DNA from: a virus
Lineage: Duplodnaviria; Caudoviricetes
DNA length: 56,832 bases
Direction: 5' to 3' (one strand)
Virus record (IMG/VR): IMGVR_UViG_3300027899_000015
Location: 1 to 56,832 of that record
Part shown: one piece after another, positions 1-9,745 of the stretch
Layout: each line of letters opens with the position of its first letter
Position numbering within the stretch: the stretch's first letter is position 1
Notes under the pieces: generated by a model
Databases searched by the model: none
What the model saw: the letters and a program-made list of their open reading frames with translations, nothing else
Told to the model about the DNA's origin: nothing
Translations under genes and position numbers: made by a program

Positions 1-1356
1 TAATTCACTGTATAAATCACTATCCTCTCCCCACTCATCTGCTACAGCGTTTAATAAACTACCAATTTTATTTTCTTCTATTTTAGCTTCCATCATATCA
101 TCTTTGCCTGGAAATTCATCTGGTTTGGAAAATAAATAATAACTCATTTCCATTTTAGCCCAATCTTCAACATCTTTTTCAGTTGGATCTCCTTCACCAT
201 CAAAGAAGTAACTTGATGATTCATCAAATCCTTCATCATCGTTCATAAATGCGTCTACAGATTCAATTTCTTCAGGATCAATTACTGATTTAAGATAATC
301 AGAAATTAATACTTTATTTAATGTAGGAAATTGTTCGTTACCTTCAATTTCAACACTAACATATTTATTTGCTTTACCTTCTTCAACTGTATCTTCAGAT
401 AAACTAATACCAGGAAGACCAGCCATTAATGCTATCAAAGATGTTGAATCACCTTTCATAGCTTTTTCAGCTGCTGCTTTTACTTCTTCTGGTTTTAATT
501 TACCAGATTTAATCATGTCATCTACTTTATTACCAGCACTTTCGTTAGTGTTCAGTGGATCAAGAGCTTTTAAAGAAATTGAAAATGGTGAACCATCTTT
601 CTTTTTAAATTGAGCGCGTTGTTTTTCTTTATCAATAGCTATAATTGTACCAATATCTCCATTAAAAAAATCATGTGCTTGATTATCAAATTGAGTTACA
701 TTTTTATTAATTTTAGCTTTATCTCCTACTTCTAAACCTTCTTTAATAGTTTTCTCAGATCCAGTTACACCTTTATCGGGCATTACTTTAACACCTTTTG
801 GTTTAGCTGTACCTTCTTCTTTTTTACCTAAATTATCTTTAACATTAGATTTTTCGTCTTTCTTAGTTTCTTTTTTTAAATAACCATCAGCTTTAGCTTG
901 CATACCAGGAGCATCTGTTTCAGGTGCTTTAAAAGTATATGGTGATTGTTCTTGATTTAATAAACTAGAATAAAAATTAGCATCTTTAGCTAGATTTTTT
1001 AGTACAGTAGTTTTAGCTTTTTCTAAAGCCTCGTCTGTGTATTCACCTAACTCATTTAATTCATGAGCTAAACCATGACGATATTCGTATGGGTTAGCAT
1101 AATCAATATGAAGTTCTTTTAACTTAGATTCTGTAGCTTTTTTAGGTTTAACTTCGGCTTTAACAGCTTCATCAGCTTTAGATTCTTTAGTTTCTTCAGT
1201 TACAATACCTTTGTTTTTAAGGATTTGAACAGCGTCAGTGTATGAGGTTAAGTTGGTAATATACGGTAAATTGTTATCACGTCTTACTTCATATAAGAAT
1301 TTCTCGCGACTAACACCGCCAGACTTATGTTTTCTATATAATTCTAATGTTGTCAT
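1..1356 (-). CDS. Acidic modular head-region protein, truncated by the left window edge (not in ORF track)
   Basis: ATG at 1356 preceded by an ATATTTAT motif; reads MTTLELYRKHKSGGVSREKFLYEVRRD...; includes a DUF5661-like segment (EYRHGLAHELNELGEYTDEALEKAKTTVLKNLAKDANFYSSL) and an SH3/KOW-like segment (GLEVGDKAKIN...GDIGTIIAID); frame appears open to position 1. Confidence 0.8.
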   Translation of the reverse strand, partial: MTTLELYRKHKSGGVSREKFLYEVRRDNNLPYITNLTSYTDAVQILKNKGIVTEETKESKADEAVKAEVKPKKATESKLKELHIDYANPYEYRHGLAHELNELGEYTDEALEKAKTTVLKNLAKDANFYSSLLNQEQSPYTFKAPETDAPGMQAKADGYLKKETKKDEKSNVKDNLGKKEEGTAKPKGVKVMPDKGVTGSEKTIKEGLEVGDKAKINKNVTQFDNQAHDFFNGDIGTIIAIDKEKQRAQFKKKDGSPFSISLKALDPLNTNESAGNKVDDMIKSGKLKPEEVKAAAEKAMKGDSTSLIALMAGLPGISLSEDTVEEGKANKYVSVEIEGNEQFPTLNKVLISDYLKSVIDPEEIESVDAFMNDDEGFDESSSYFFDGEGDPTEKDVEDWAKMEMSYYLFSKPDEFPGKDDMMEAKIEENKIGSLLNAVADEWGEDSDLYSEL

Positions 1357-1367
1357 ATGTATAAATA

Positions 1368-1496
1368 TTAATGTCCTTGACCACGATAATTTCTTTCAGA
1401 ACGATCGTGTTTGTTATATGATTTTTTTGCTTTACCTGTTTTACGTTTACCAAATGATAATTTTTTAGAATCACCACCGCGTGTTGCCTTTGCCAT
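1368..1496 (-). CDS. Small basic 42-aa protein ending in YRGQG motif (not in ORF track)
   Basis: Hand translation MAKATRGGDSKKLSFGKRKTGKAKKSYNKHDRSERNYRGQGH*; fills the gap between two co-oriented genes. Confidence 0.75.
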   Translation of the reverse strand: MAKATRGGDSKKLSFGKRKTGKAKKSYNKHDRSERNYRGQGH

Positions 1497-1497
1497 A

Positions 1498-1791
1498 TTA
1501 AATATCGTTTACTATAATTTGATTAATATAAGCGCGAATATCTTCAACTTCAAATCCATCAGCTTCTAAATCTCCCATTATACCTTCAGCGGCTGCTAAT
1601 AAACTTAAGATATGATTTCTATTAACTAAACTATTCATTCTTTCAAACGCTCCACCTTCTAAATCTCCCATTATATCTTTAGCGGCATCACTTATTTCTT
1701 CTACGTTTGCTACTTCTTCTTGGTATTCACTTTCAGTGATTAAGCCAGCTAAGCGTTTTAATTTTGCTATTTCGTTTATTGGTTTTTTCAT
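1498..1791 (-). CDS. Hypothetical acidic protein, probable head-internal protein
   Basis: N-terminus MKKPINEIAKLKRLAGLITESE is shared with ORF 13575..13901. Confidence 0.6.
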   Translation of the reverse strand: MKKPINEIAKLKRLAGLITESEYQEEVANVEEISDAAKDIMGDLEGGAFERMNSLVNRNHILSLLAAAEGIMGDLEADGFEVEDIRAYINQIIVNDI

Positions 1792-1801
1792 TATCTTAAT
1801 T

Positions 1802-2806
1802 TTAGTATCCTAATTTTTTAATTCTTTCTTTAACAAATAAAGCTGCTTGTTGTACTGGGTAATCAAATTTCTTAGCAATACCTTTTAAGAATTGTAATAC
1901 TAATTTATCACCTTCTGGATTATCTGATTTAAACATACGAACAGATTCTTCATTTACATTTTCATATTTAAAAGTACCTCCATCTTCTGGATCTTCCATA
2001 CTTAAATCACCGTTTATTATTCTTTCAATTCTATCCATAGCTGGGTCAGCATAAATTCCTCCATCAGAGTAATTATCAATAATATTTTGAATCAGTTGAA
2101 TATGATCTGAAGATAAAGTTTGAACATTATTTGAAGATAAATTTTCACTTAATTCATTTTGTCTACGTCTTGAGTAGTCACTAACTGGTTCTTCGTCTTG
2201 TCCTACTTCAGCATCAAATCCTACTTCATCAACAAAATCTTGTAATTCACTTAAAGCATCTAATAAACCTTCTTTATCAGCGGTTGGAATATTAGAGTTA
2301 GTAGATATATTACTAATTAATCTACGAAGTTTATCATCAGCACTTGCTATTTTATTAATATCCATTGATTCTTCAACTGGTTTTTTAGTTTCAAATAATT
2401 TGTTGAAGAATGATTTTAATTTATCATGTAAAGCAGAAGCATCATCGTCAGATAATTTTTTAGCTGCTTTAGAAATTACAGCGGTAATTTTATCATACAT
2501 TTCCTGTACTTTAGCTTGGTCAACTGTTTCGTTAACACCACCAAATTGTTCTTCTTCTTTAGCTTCATTAGCGTATTTCTTACAATAAGAATAATCAACT
2601 TCATCTTGATTACCTTCATCATCTACACGATAGCATTTACCATCATTCACAGTGTATATTACTTCACGCTCAGCTAAGAAATCCATTTGTTTTTCAGCTT
2701 CAGCATCTTCAATATCATGACCCATGTCTTCTTTTACTTTAGCTTTAGCGTAAGGTCCTAACTTATTTTCTGTTAGGAATTTTTTCATATCAAAATTGTC
2801 TGCCAT
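1802..2806 (-). CDS. Hypothetical acidic modular protein, probable head-internal protein
   Basis: N-terminus MADNFDMKKFLTENKL is shared with ORF 9746..10717; many [LIV]xE sites; head gene neighbourhood. Confidence 0.6.
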   Translation of the reverse strand: MADNFDMKKFLTENKLGPYAKAKVKEDMGHDIEDAEAEKQMDFLAEREVIYTVNDGKCYRVDDEGNQDEVDYSYCKKYANEAKEEEQFGGVNETVDQAKVQEMYDKITAVISKAAKKLSDDDASALHDKLKSFFNKLFETKKPVEESMDINKIASADDKLRRLISNISTNSNIPTADKEGLLDALSELQDFVDEVGFDAEVGQDEEPVSDYSRRRQNELSENLSSNNVQTLSSDHIQLIQNIIDNYSDGGIYADPAMDRIERIINGDLSMEDPEDGGTFKYENVNEESVRMFKSDNPEGDKLVLQFLKGIAKKFDYPVQQAALFVKERIKKLGY

Positions 2807-2808
2807 TT

Positions 2809-4569
2809 TTATTTTAGTTTTGTCGATTTAAAAAATAAGGATTTTGTTGATTCTTTAATTTGTTGAATTGATTTTTCAGTATATTTTTTATATTTCAATC
2901 CACCTTCACTTTCGCTTAATTCACTCTGTAAGCGATTCATATATTCAAATAAACGATTAATTTCATTTACTTTTTGTTTTACTTGTTTAACAGCTGAATG
3001 GAATTGTTCTGGTTTAGTGCGTGTTTTAGATTCGTTTCTAAACTGAGAGTATCCTTCTAATAATGATTCTTCACTTATTGGTGATTCAAATGAAGCATTA
3101 TTGAAGAAATCAAAAATCCATTCAGCCATATCCATTGTAAAGTTATTTTCACCTATCATACTGATTAGGTTATTTACTTTAGCTAATGCTTTAGGATATC
3201 TTTGTAACTTTATATTGATAAATTCCTTACCTGATTTAAATCCAGATGCTTCTTTTAGATTTTTATTAACATCATCCATATCAATATCAATTTCTAAGCT
3301 AATGTTATTTTCTTTAGCTTTTTCATTATGAGGTTTGATGACAAGTTTATTAACCTTATCTTTTACTTTCATCACTATCCAATCCTCACCATCTTTAAAA
3401 TGAATTATATCATCTACTTTATATCCTTCTTTTAAATACATACCAGTTAACTTTCTTAGTACTTTAACAATTTCTTCTCTTGAAGCACCTGGAGTGTTCA
3501 TCCATTGTAAAAATACTTCTTGAGCGTCTGGAGATAATTTACCTTGTTGTTTCGCGGCTTGTAGGTAAGTTAAAATTTTATCAGTACTATTGTCTTCTTT
3601 TATATTTTTATTGGTGAACCAATCATAAGTACCTTCATCATTATCTTGTTCTTCAGGTTGAAATTCAATTTCACCTTCTTTTGTCCATTTCCAATTTGGA
3701 AATTTAGCTAATACATCATCGATAGTATTAACTTGTAATTTATTGGTTCTGTTTCCAGCAGCATCAATTACATTAATAGAGAAAGTACCTGTTGAAGGTT
3801 CAAAATAAACATCAGAATCAGTTTTAAGATCTGTACCGATATGAATTGCTTCATTCATCATCGCCGCTCTTCTGTCAATTTCTCCTTTATCCATATAAGG
3901 ATTAGTTTCGCTTTGTCCTCTTAACTTAGAAATTGCGGCATCAATTTTATTTAACATATCTCCATATCTATCAGCTACAGGGCCACCTTCTGGTTCTGCT
4001 TCTTGTTCCATATCTTTTTCTATCTCAGCTCTTTTTTTAAGAAGCATGCTGATTTTAGCTTGATTTGGATTTGTTTTTTGAGCTTGAGTATTTGGAATAT
4101 CTTTTTTAGTTTGAGTATTTAGAGCATCTTTTTTAGCTCTCATAGCCATTAAAACACGATCATTAATATCTATTTCTTTTAATGGCTTAATTTCACCACC
4201 TTTATTCCATACGTTTGTTACTTTGGTTTTACCTGTTCCTTTATCATAAAGAACATTATAAGTAATATCACCTGTCATTTCTTTATTAACAGCGGTAATT
4301 TCACCTGGATGTCCTAAGTAAGTTACTTTGTCTCCTACTTTAAAATCTTCCCATAATTCTTTATAGTCCATAGCTTTAGATGGACGATTTGGGATTGATG
4401 GAGCAGATTTCCAATCTTTAGGAGTACCTTTGTTATTACTTTTACCAAAAGCATATTTTGTAGCTACACCTTCACCAGCGCCAGCAGTAACAGAAGCGCC
4501 AGTACCAGTACCAGACATTTCTTTTCTAAGAGCGGTGGCTAATTCCTGTTTTAATTTATTTTTATCCAT
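2809..4569 (-). CDS. Modular head-region protein with two SH3/Tudor-like modules and C-terminal coiled coil
   Basis: FKVGDKVTYLGHPGEITAV and YKVDDIIHFKDGEDWIVMKV modules separated by LKE/IKE/MNE sites. Confidence 0.6.
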   Translation of the reverse strand: MDKNKLKQELATALRKEMSGTGTGASVTAGAGEGVATKYAFGKSNNKGTPKDWKSAPSIPNRPSKAMDYKELWEDFKVGDKVTYLGHPGEITAVNKEMTGDITYNVLYDKGTGKTKVTNVWNKGGEIKPLKEIDINDRVLMAMRAKKDALNTQTKKDIPNTQAQKTNPNQAKISMLLKKRAEIEKDMEQEAEPEGGPVADRYGDMLNKIDAAISKLRGQSETNPYMDKGEIDRRAAMMNEAIHIGTDLKTDSDVYFEPSTGTFSINVIDAAGNRTNKLQVNTIDDVLAKFPNWKWTKEGEIEFQPEEQDNDEGTYDWFTNKNIKEDNSTDKILTYLQAAKQQGKLSPDAQEVFLQWMNTPGASREEIVKVLRKLTGMYLKEGYKVDDIIHFKDGEDWIVMKVKDKVNKLVIKPHNEKAKENNISLEIDIDMDDVNKNLKEASGFKSGKEFINIKLQRYPKALAKVNNLISMIGENNFTMDMAEWIFDFFNNASFESPISEESLLEGYSQFRNESKTRTKPEQFHSAVKQVKQKVNEINRLFEYMNRLQSELSESEGGLKYKKYTEKSIQQIKESTKSLFFKSTKLK

Positions 4570-5416
4570 TTACTTTTTTGATTTCTTCAGCTAACTGCTG
4601 ATATTGAAGTAAGGTTACTAAATGATCATCTTTTACAGATGATTTAGTAGATATCGGTTTAATCAACGTTATAACTTCGTTTAACTTAATTTCAATTGTC
4701 TTATCATTAACTTGTTTAACTAAATCAGTTAGTTCTTGTTTAACTTTATTTAGGTTTTCGTTGATGAATACTTTAAGATGTTCAGGATTAGAAATATTAT
4801 TGATAAATTCTTTAAGAACTAATTTTTGTCTATCACTTAAGTCAGAATATTTAGAATTGAATTTTTCAATTAGCATCCTGTACGCCAATATGCGTATATT
4901 TTTATCTTCTTTATTGAAACTTTTAAGTTCATCCGAATCAGTATTTTCAATTAACTGTTTTTTCGTGATGTGTTCCATGATAGCAAGTTTATTGATTACG
5001 ATTTGTTTCGGTTCAACAAACTTATTTTCCATTGCTGATTCAAATAGTGTATAAGCGGCAGCTAATGTTTTATAGTTATTTACTTTTGACTTGAAGAAGC
5101 TTTCTAAGTTATAATGTTTCTTAATTTCTTTAATTAAGTTGTATTTTTCCTTAAGTAATTCTTCTTTTTTTAATTTTTTAGCTAGATCAACAGTAGTATT
5201 GATTAAAGATTCAGCTTTACCTTCACTTAAACGGGGTGCGGTTAAGATAGTGTGGTAAAGTTTATGTTCTTTTGCTAATTCACTGTTAGTAAAAAATTTT
5301 TTTACAATTTTTACAGCCTTAGAATCAGTGTTTGCTAACGTATCAGATGCAATTTGACGCACTAATAGTTCAAATAATACACCTGTGTTACGAAATTTGT
5401 TATGTTTAATACGCAT
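4562..5416 (-). CDS. Helical hypothetical protein immediately downstream of portal (head assembly candidate)
   Basis: 284-aa ORF with its own ATATTTAT motif at 5440..5447; function inferred from position only. Confidence 0.55.
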   Translation of the reverse strand: MRIKHNKFRNTGVLFELLVRQIASDTLANTDSKAVKIVKKFFTNSELAKEHKLYHTILTAPRLSEGKAESLINTTVDLAKKLKKEELLKEKYNLIKEIKKHYNLESFFKSKVNNYKTLAAAYTLFESAMENKFVEPKQIVINKLAIMEHITKKQLIENTDSDELKSFNKEDKNIRILAYRMLIEKFNSKYSDLSDRQKLVLKEFINNISNPEHLKVFINENLNKVKQELTDLVKQVNDKTIEIKLNEVITLIKPISTKSSVKDDHLVTLLQYQQLAEEIKKVNG

Positions 5417-5452
5417 AATTTAGTATAATGATACTACCTATAAATATGTAGT

Positions 5453-7342
5453 TTATTTAATTTCATCGCGAATATTATCTTCATTTAACATATCACTTTC
5501 AAATAATGTTGTTTTACGACTTACTGGTAGTTTTTCAAACATTGCTTTGTTTTTTAAATATGTTTCTAACGCTAAAGGTGAACCACCTTTCCATTGGGTT
5601 TTAGATAAAACATCTTCTTGGTCTGCGCCTGCAGCGCGATATGTTTTAGCCCCAATACGATCTTTACCAAAAGCATTATCTTGTCTATTAATATTTGATA
5701 CTGATTTTTCAGGACGACCAACTAAATGTACTGGTTCATTTGGATTTTTCTCATTATATCCTGTTGGTACTTCACCATCATTTCTACCTTTACCATAAGC
5801 TGTTGCTAATTGGTGTGGTGTACCATATACCTGACCTGTTTCTGATGGGTCATTTCCTTCTTCTTCGATTTGGTTTAATCTAAACTTACGTTTTTTATCT
5901 TCAGCTATTAAATCACGATATTCATCATATTGATCTTCACTAAAGTGGAATATACTATCGTAAATCCAATCTGTTGGTAACAAATTGTTTTCCATTATTT
6001 GTGAAGCTAAATCAACTTTTTCTTTCATTAGTGCTATACGTTCTTGATCATAAATGATAGAAGGTGTTGTTAATGATAAATCAAAATTTGTTAAAGATTC
6101 ACCATCATATCCTTGACTATATAAATGTACTAAGGCAATTTTGGTTAATTCTGATAATAATATTCTTTGGATACGTTCAACTGTACGAGCAAATCTGATA
6201 TCTTCAGCTGCTAATGTAGCTTTACCAGTTAAATCTTTTTCATATCCCATGAATGCTTTAGGTATCTTAAGAGCAGCAAATAATTTGTCTCTTAAGTAAG
6301 CAACGTCTTCAATACCGTTATATTCTAATCCTTTTGCTGTGTCAATACGAGTTGATTGGTCATTTCCTCTTACAGGTATGTAAAAGTCTTCCATCATATT
6401 CATCATATTGTACTTAAGATTATATTGACCAGTTTGTGGGTCGACATAAGGTACTTTCTTAAGTTTTTGTACTGTTTTCTGCATAAATGCTTCTACCTCA
6501 TTTGGAGGAATAGCTCCTACGTTCATATAAAATATTCTCTTTTCAGGAGCACGAACAATACGATGTATTAACATCGCATCTTCCATTAATATCATTTGTT
6601 TAAAAATTTTACGACCTGGTTCTAGATAACTTCTACCATAAGGTAAATAGTTAACGTCACTTATTAATCTAAAGTGAGCCATTTCGTAATTTTCAAAGTA
6701 AATATCTGATGTAGATGTACCCAAAGCGTATTGTGTTTGTGGTGATGTAATACCAGATACACTTGTTGGATCGTATTTGAATCTTACATAAGTAGGATTT
6801 TTAACATCAGTTCCTTCTTCACGTATAATTGAATAAGCTGAAAATGGTATTACATTATATACACCAAATTTTTCAGCTATTTCTAATTTAAGATAAAAAT
6901 CTCCATACTTACACATATTACGAGCCCAACTCCATAAATTAAATTCAAGATTCAATACATCATAAAATAAATTATAAAGTATTTTCTGAATATTTTCATC
7001 ACTTGAACGAATATGAAGCATTTCTCCATGTTCATTTTTTAAAGTACATTCATCTGCTATAATATCAAGTGCAGAAGCTACAATAGCGTCTGTATCCATT
7101 GATTCATAATCAGTATAAAGTTGTACTCTTAATGTTTGATAGTTGTAAACGTTGTTTACATTGTAAATTCCAGCTCCAGATGTTGTATATATTTTAGTGA
7201 ATCTATCAACTAACGCGTTAGTCTGTAAAGTACCTAATGATTGGATACGATCTGTGTCTATTACTCTTAACTCATCTCCACCTATATTCCTAATAACGAC
7301 GTCTGAAGAGAATAAACGTTTAAGATTTTGAAATAATCCCAT
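5453..7342 (-). CDS. gp20: Portal vertex protein (T4 gp20-like)
   Basis: LMEDAMLIHRIVRAPEKRIFYMNVG, MEDFYIPVRG and YLRDKLFAALKIPK motifs typical of T4-like portals; adjacent to terminase. Confidence 0.95.
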   Translation of the reverse strand: MGLFQNLKRLFSSDVVIRNIGGDELRVIDTDRIQSLGTLQTNALVDRFTKIYTTSGAGIYNVNNVYNYQTLRVQLYTDYESMDTDAIVASALDIIADECTLKNEHGEMLHIRSSDENIQKILYNLFYDVLNLEFNLWSWARNMCKYGDFYLKLEIAEKFGVYNVIPFSAYSIIREEGTDVKNPTYVRFKYDPTSVSGITSPQTQYALGTSTSDIYFENYEMAHFRLISDVNYLPYGRSYLEPGRKIFKQMILMEDAMLIHRIVRAPEKRIFYMNVGAIPPNEVEAFMQKTVQKLKKVPYVDPQTGQYNLKYNMMNMMEDFYIPVRGNDQSTRIDTAKGLEYNGIEDVAYLRDKLFAALKIPKAFMGYEKDLTGKATLAAEDIRFARTVERIQRILLSELTKIALVHLYSQGYDGESLTNFDLSLTTPSIIYDQERIALMKEKVDLASQIMENNLLPTDWIYDSIFHFSEDQYDEYRDLIAEDKKRKFRLNQIEEEGNDPSETGQVYGTPHQLATAYGKGRNDGEVPTGYNEKNPNEPVHLVGRPEKSVSNINRQDNAFGKDRIGAKTYRAAGADQEDVLSKTQWKGGSPLALETYLKNKAMFEKLPVSRKTTLFESDMLNEDNIRDEIK

Positions 7343-7359
7343 AATAATTTGTATATGTT

Positions 7360-7367
7360 ATAAATAT
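7360..7367 (-). promoter_or_regulatory. Class B (late-type) motif upstream of portal; representative of 15 intergenic copies
   Basis: Sense-strand ATATTTAT; also at 1361, 5440, 8963, 10738, 11291, 13919, 18742, 22432, 30376, 35252, 41633, 45226, 48792, 51239. Confidence 0.65.
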
Positions 7368-7371
7368 TTGT

Positions 7372-8958
7372 TTATATCAGCCAGCTAATATCTTCCATAC
7401 CTCCATTACCTGTATCCATTTGCCATGGATTTTGTTGTATTGGGGAGTGAGGATTATATGTAATTGGACCGCTAAGATATGATACTTTTCCTATTCCTCC
7501 AAGCGAAGCTCTAGTTAAATCCATTCCTGTTTGCTGAAAACGTAAAGCTGTATCTCTTAAAAACATACCTATACCAAATGCCATTACAAGATCATCATTG
7601 TATCCATCTGTAGATTGTGCTTTACCATTTTTCCAAATAAATGTTCGTAATTCTTCAAGTAATCTACGTGATTGTATTATACAAGCTCTGTCTCTCATGT
7701 ATGCCTCTAATTTAGAAACAACTAATGGACGTGTTTTGATTGTATTTGAGAAACCAGGTACTAAATTATTTTCATTTCTATTTAAAAAATTATCCATACT
7801 TATATTTGTAGTATCTGATTTAGATGAATAGTACATATTTCTGTATCCTCTATCTACAACTGTTTGTACTGTGTCCCATCCTATATTAGCATTTTCAATT
7901 ACAAGTAAAGCTTCATTATACTCAGTAGCTAATGCTACCAACATATGTCCATAATCTCTAGTTCCAACCTGACCCTTATATTCTGCTACTTGTTTTGCTT
8001 CTAGTACATCAATAACATGACAAGCTGAATAGTCTTTTCCATCTCCTCTTGCTACGTCAGCCACTACAACATAGTTTTTTGAATAATCAGGATATTCCCA
8101 TTTCCATAAATTACCATCAAATCCACCCTTAGCAATAGGCTCTGCTTGAAATGTTTGAATATACCAATTTAAAATATCTGGTTCAATAACAGTATCACCT
8201 GAAGTACTAAAGTCACAATCACATTCTTGGGCCGCATTTCTAAGACCTAAAATAGCATCTTGTTCATCTCTCCATTTTTGAGTTCGTTCAGGATGTACAG
8301 TCCAAGGTAATTTAATAGAAATAAATCCGTTTTTACCTTCTTCTCCACCAATAAAAGTTCTATGGAACCAATTACCTGTACCATATGGAGTTGAAATAGC
8401 TATACATTGTCCTCCAGTGGCCAACGTTTGTTGAGCAGAAGCGAATATCTCATCTATACCTTCAATAAACGCTGCTTCATCTAATAACAATAATGATACT
8501 GCTTCAGATCTACCAGCGTCACCTGTCGCACCAATTGCTTTAATTTGAGATCCATTTGCTAATTTTAGACTTAATTTATTATTTTCTATTGCTTTTAATT
8601 GTAACCAACTTGGTAAATTATCATAAGCAAATTTTACTTTAGTAACCATGTTTTTAGCAGTTTCCTGCTTAGTGGCTATACAAAGTATATTTTTGTCCTT
8701 ATTAAATAACATTAACCATAATGAGTAGGCAGATACTAGAGTAGATATACCTAATTGTCTTGATTTATTTACAATACTATATTTATTCTTTTTAAATTGG
8801 TTTAGCACTCCTTCTTGGAAAGGATATAAATTAAATTGGATACGACCACGTTGTGGATGTTGAATCCAATAATATTTTTTCATAAAGTAGACAGGATCTT
8901 GAGCACATTTAACAAATTCCTGTTTAATTATTTCCTTAATATTTTGTTGTTCACTCAT
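7372..8958 (-). CDS. gp17: Terminase large subunit (T4 gp17-like)
   Basis: LYPFQ adenine motif, KSRQLGIST Walker A, LLLLDEAAF Walker B, IST coupling motif, VADVARGDGKDYS and NDDLVMA nuclease motifs. Confidence 0.97.
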   Translation of the reverse strand: MSEQQNIKEIIKQEFVKCAQDPVYFMKKYYWIQHPQRGRIQFNLYPFQEGVLNQFKKNKYSIVNKSRQLGISTLVSAYSLWLMLFNKDKNILCIATKQETAKNMVTKVKFAYDNLPSWLQLKAIENNKLSLKLANGSQIKAIGATGDAGRSEAVSLLLLDEAAFIEGIDEIFASAQQTLATGGQCIAISTPYGTGNWFHRTFIGGEEGKNGFISIKLPWTVHPERTQKWRDEQDAILGLRNAAQECDCDFSTSGDTVIEPDILNWYIQTFQAEPIAKGGFDGNLWKWEYPDYSKNYVVVADVARGDGKDYSACHVIDVLEAKQVAEYKGQVGTRDYGHMLVALATEYNEALLVIENANIGWDTVQTVVDRGYRNMYYSSKSDTTNISMDNFLNRNENNLVPGFSNTIKTRPLVVSKLEAYMRDRACIIQSRRLLEELRTFIWKNGKAQSTDGYNDDLVMAFGIGMFLRDTALRFQQTGMDLTRASLGGIGKVSYLSGPITYNPHSPIQQNPWQMDTGNGGMEDISWLI

Positions 8959-8971
8959 GTATATAAATATA

Positions 8972-9003
8972 TAAAAGGAACCCGACCTTACGGGGTCGGG
9001 TTC
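8972..9003 (-). terminator. Intrinsic terminator
   Basis: Minus strand GAACCCGACC-CCGTAA-GGTCGGGTTC (10-bp perfect stem) followed by CTTTTAT. Confidence 0.8.
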
Positions 9004-9053
9004 AGAACTATAATACTGAGACTATAGCGGGGATTGTTCCTAAGGTAGAACTA
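8978..9053 (-). ncRNA. Candidate structured RNA (two hairpins plus terminator)
   Basis: GUUC-UACCUUAG-GAAC and GCUAUAGU-CUCAGU-AUUAUAGU hairpins directly upstream of the terminator. Confidence 0.3.
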
Positions 9054-9722
9054 TTTTACAAGTAAAAATGTCAAACCAGCTATTATTAATCCGGCTCCAA
9101 TTTTACCTACTTTGGCTTGTATTTTAAGTTTATGATTTTTCAATTGAAGAGCATTATATTGAACTTTCCAATCTTTAATTTGAGTTTCTTGATTAACTAC
9201 TATATTATTGTAGTTTAATTCTTTTTTATTAGCGATATCTATAACACTATCTTTATTTGCTATTCTTTCTTCATTTAGAACTATAATACTATCTTTAATA
9301 ATTAATTGTTCTTTAGCACCATCTAATTCTACTAAATCTTTAGCAGCTGATATTAGTACTGGTTGTGCTAATGGAAGTGGATTGGTTACTGTGTCTGCGG
9401 GGTAGCGTTGGTTAAAGGATGATATTAATTCTTTTTCAGAATAGATATCAACTTTATCTTTAGACGAATCAACCCATTTATTAACAATAATCACTTTTGC
9501 TTTAGCATTATCTAATTTAACTTGTAAATCATAATCTAATTCATTTAAAGCACTTATTTCTAAATCTTTTTGATGAATGTCTTTTTGTAATGAATCTACA
9601 GTTTGTACTAAGCTATCTTGTTTTACTTTAAAATCACTAGATAAACTTGAGTAATTACATTTATCAGCAAATATCCAAAACAATAAAACAACGATAACCA
9701 GAGGAAAAATTAATTTTTTCAT
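9051..9722 (-). CDS. Membrane-anchored coiled-coil protein, possible spanin-like lysis protein
   Basis: Hydrophobic N-terminus followed by Cys22, long heptad-rich middle, C-terminal hydrophobic helix IGAGLIIAGLTFLLV. Confidence 0.45.
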   Translation of the reverse strand: MKKLIFPLVIVVLLFWIFADKCNYSSLSSDFKVKQDSLVQTVDSLQKDIHQKDLEISALNELDYDLQVKLDNAKAKVIIVNKWVDSSKDKVDIYSEKELISSFNQRYPADTVTNPLPLAQPVLISAAKDLVELDGAKEQLIIKDSIIVLNEERIANKDSVIDIANKKELNYNNIVVNQETQIKDWKVQYNALQLKNHKLKIQAKVGKIGAGLIIAGLTFLLVK

Positions 9723-9745
9723 TTTTTTTTTATTTTTATTTAATA

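Noticed and set aside
5453-8958. Inteins or introns in portal or terminase
   Set aside because: Both ORFs are continuous, of ordinary length, and show no intein splice motifs or endonuclease inserts.
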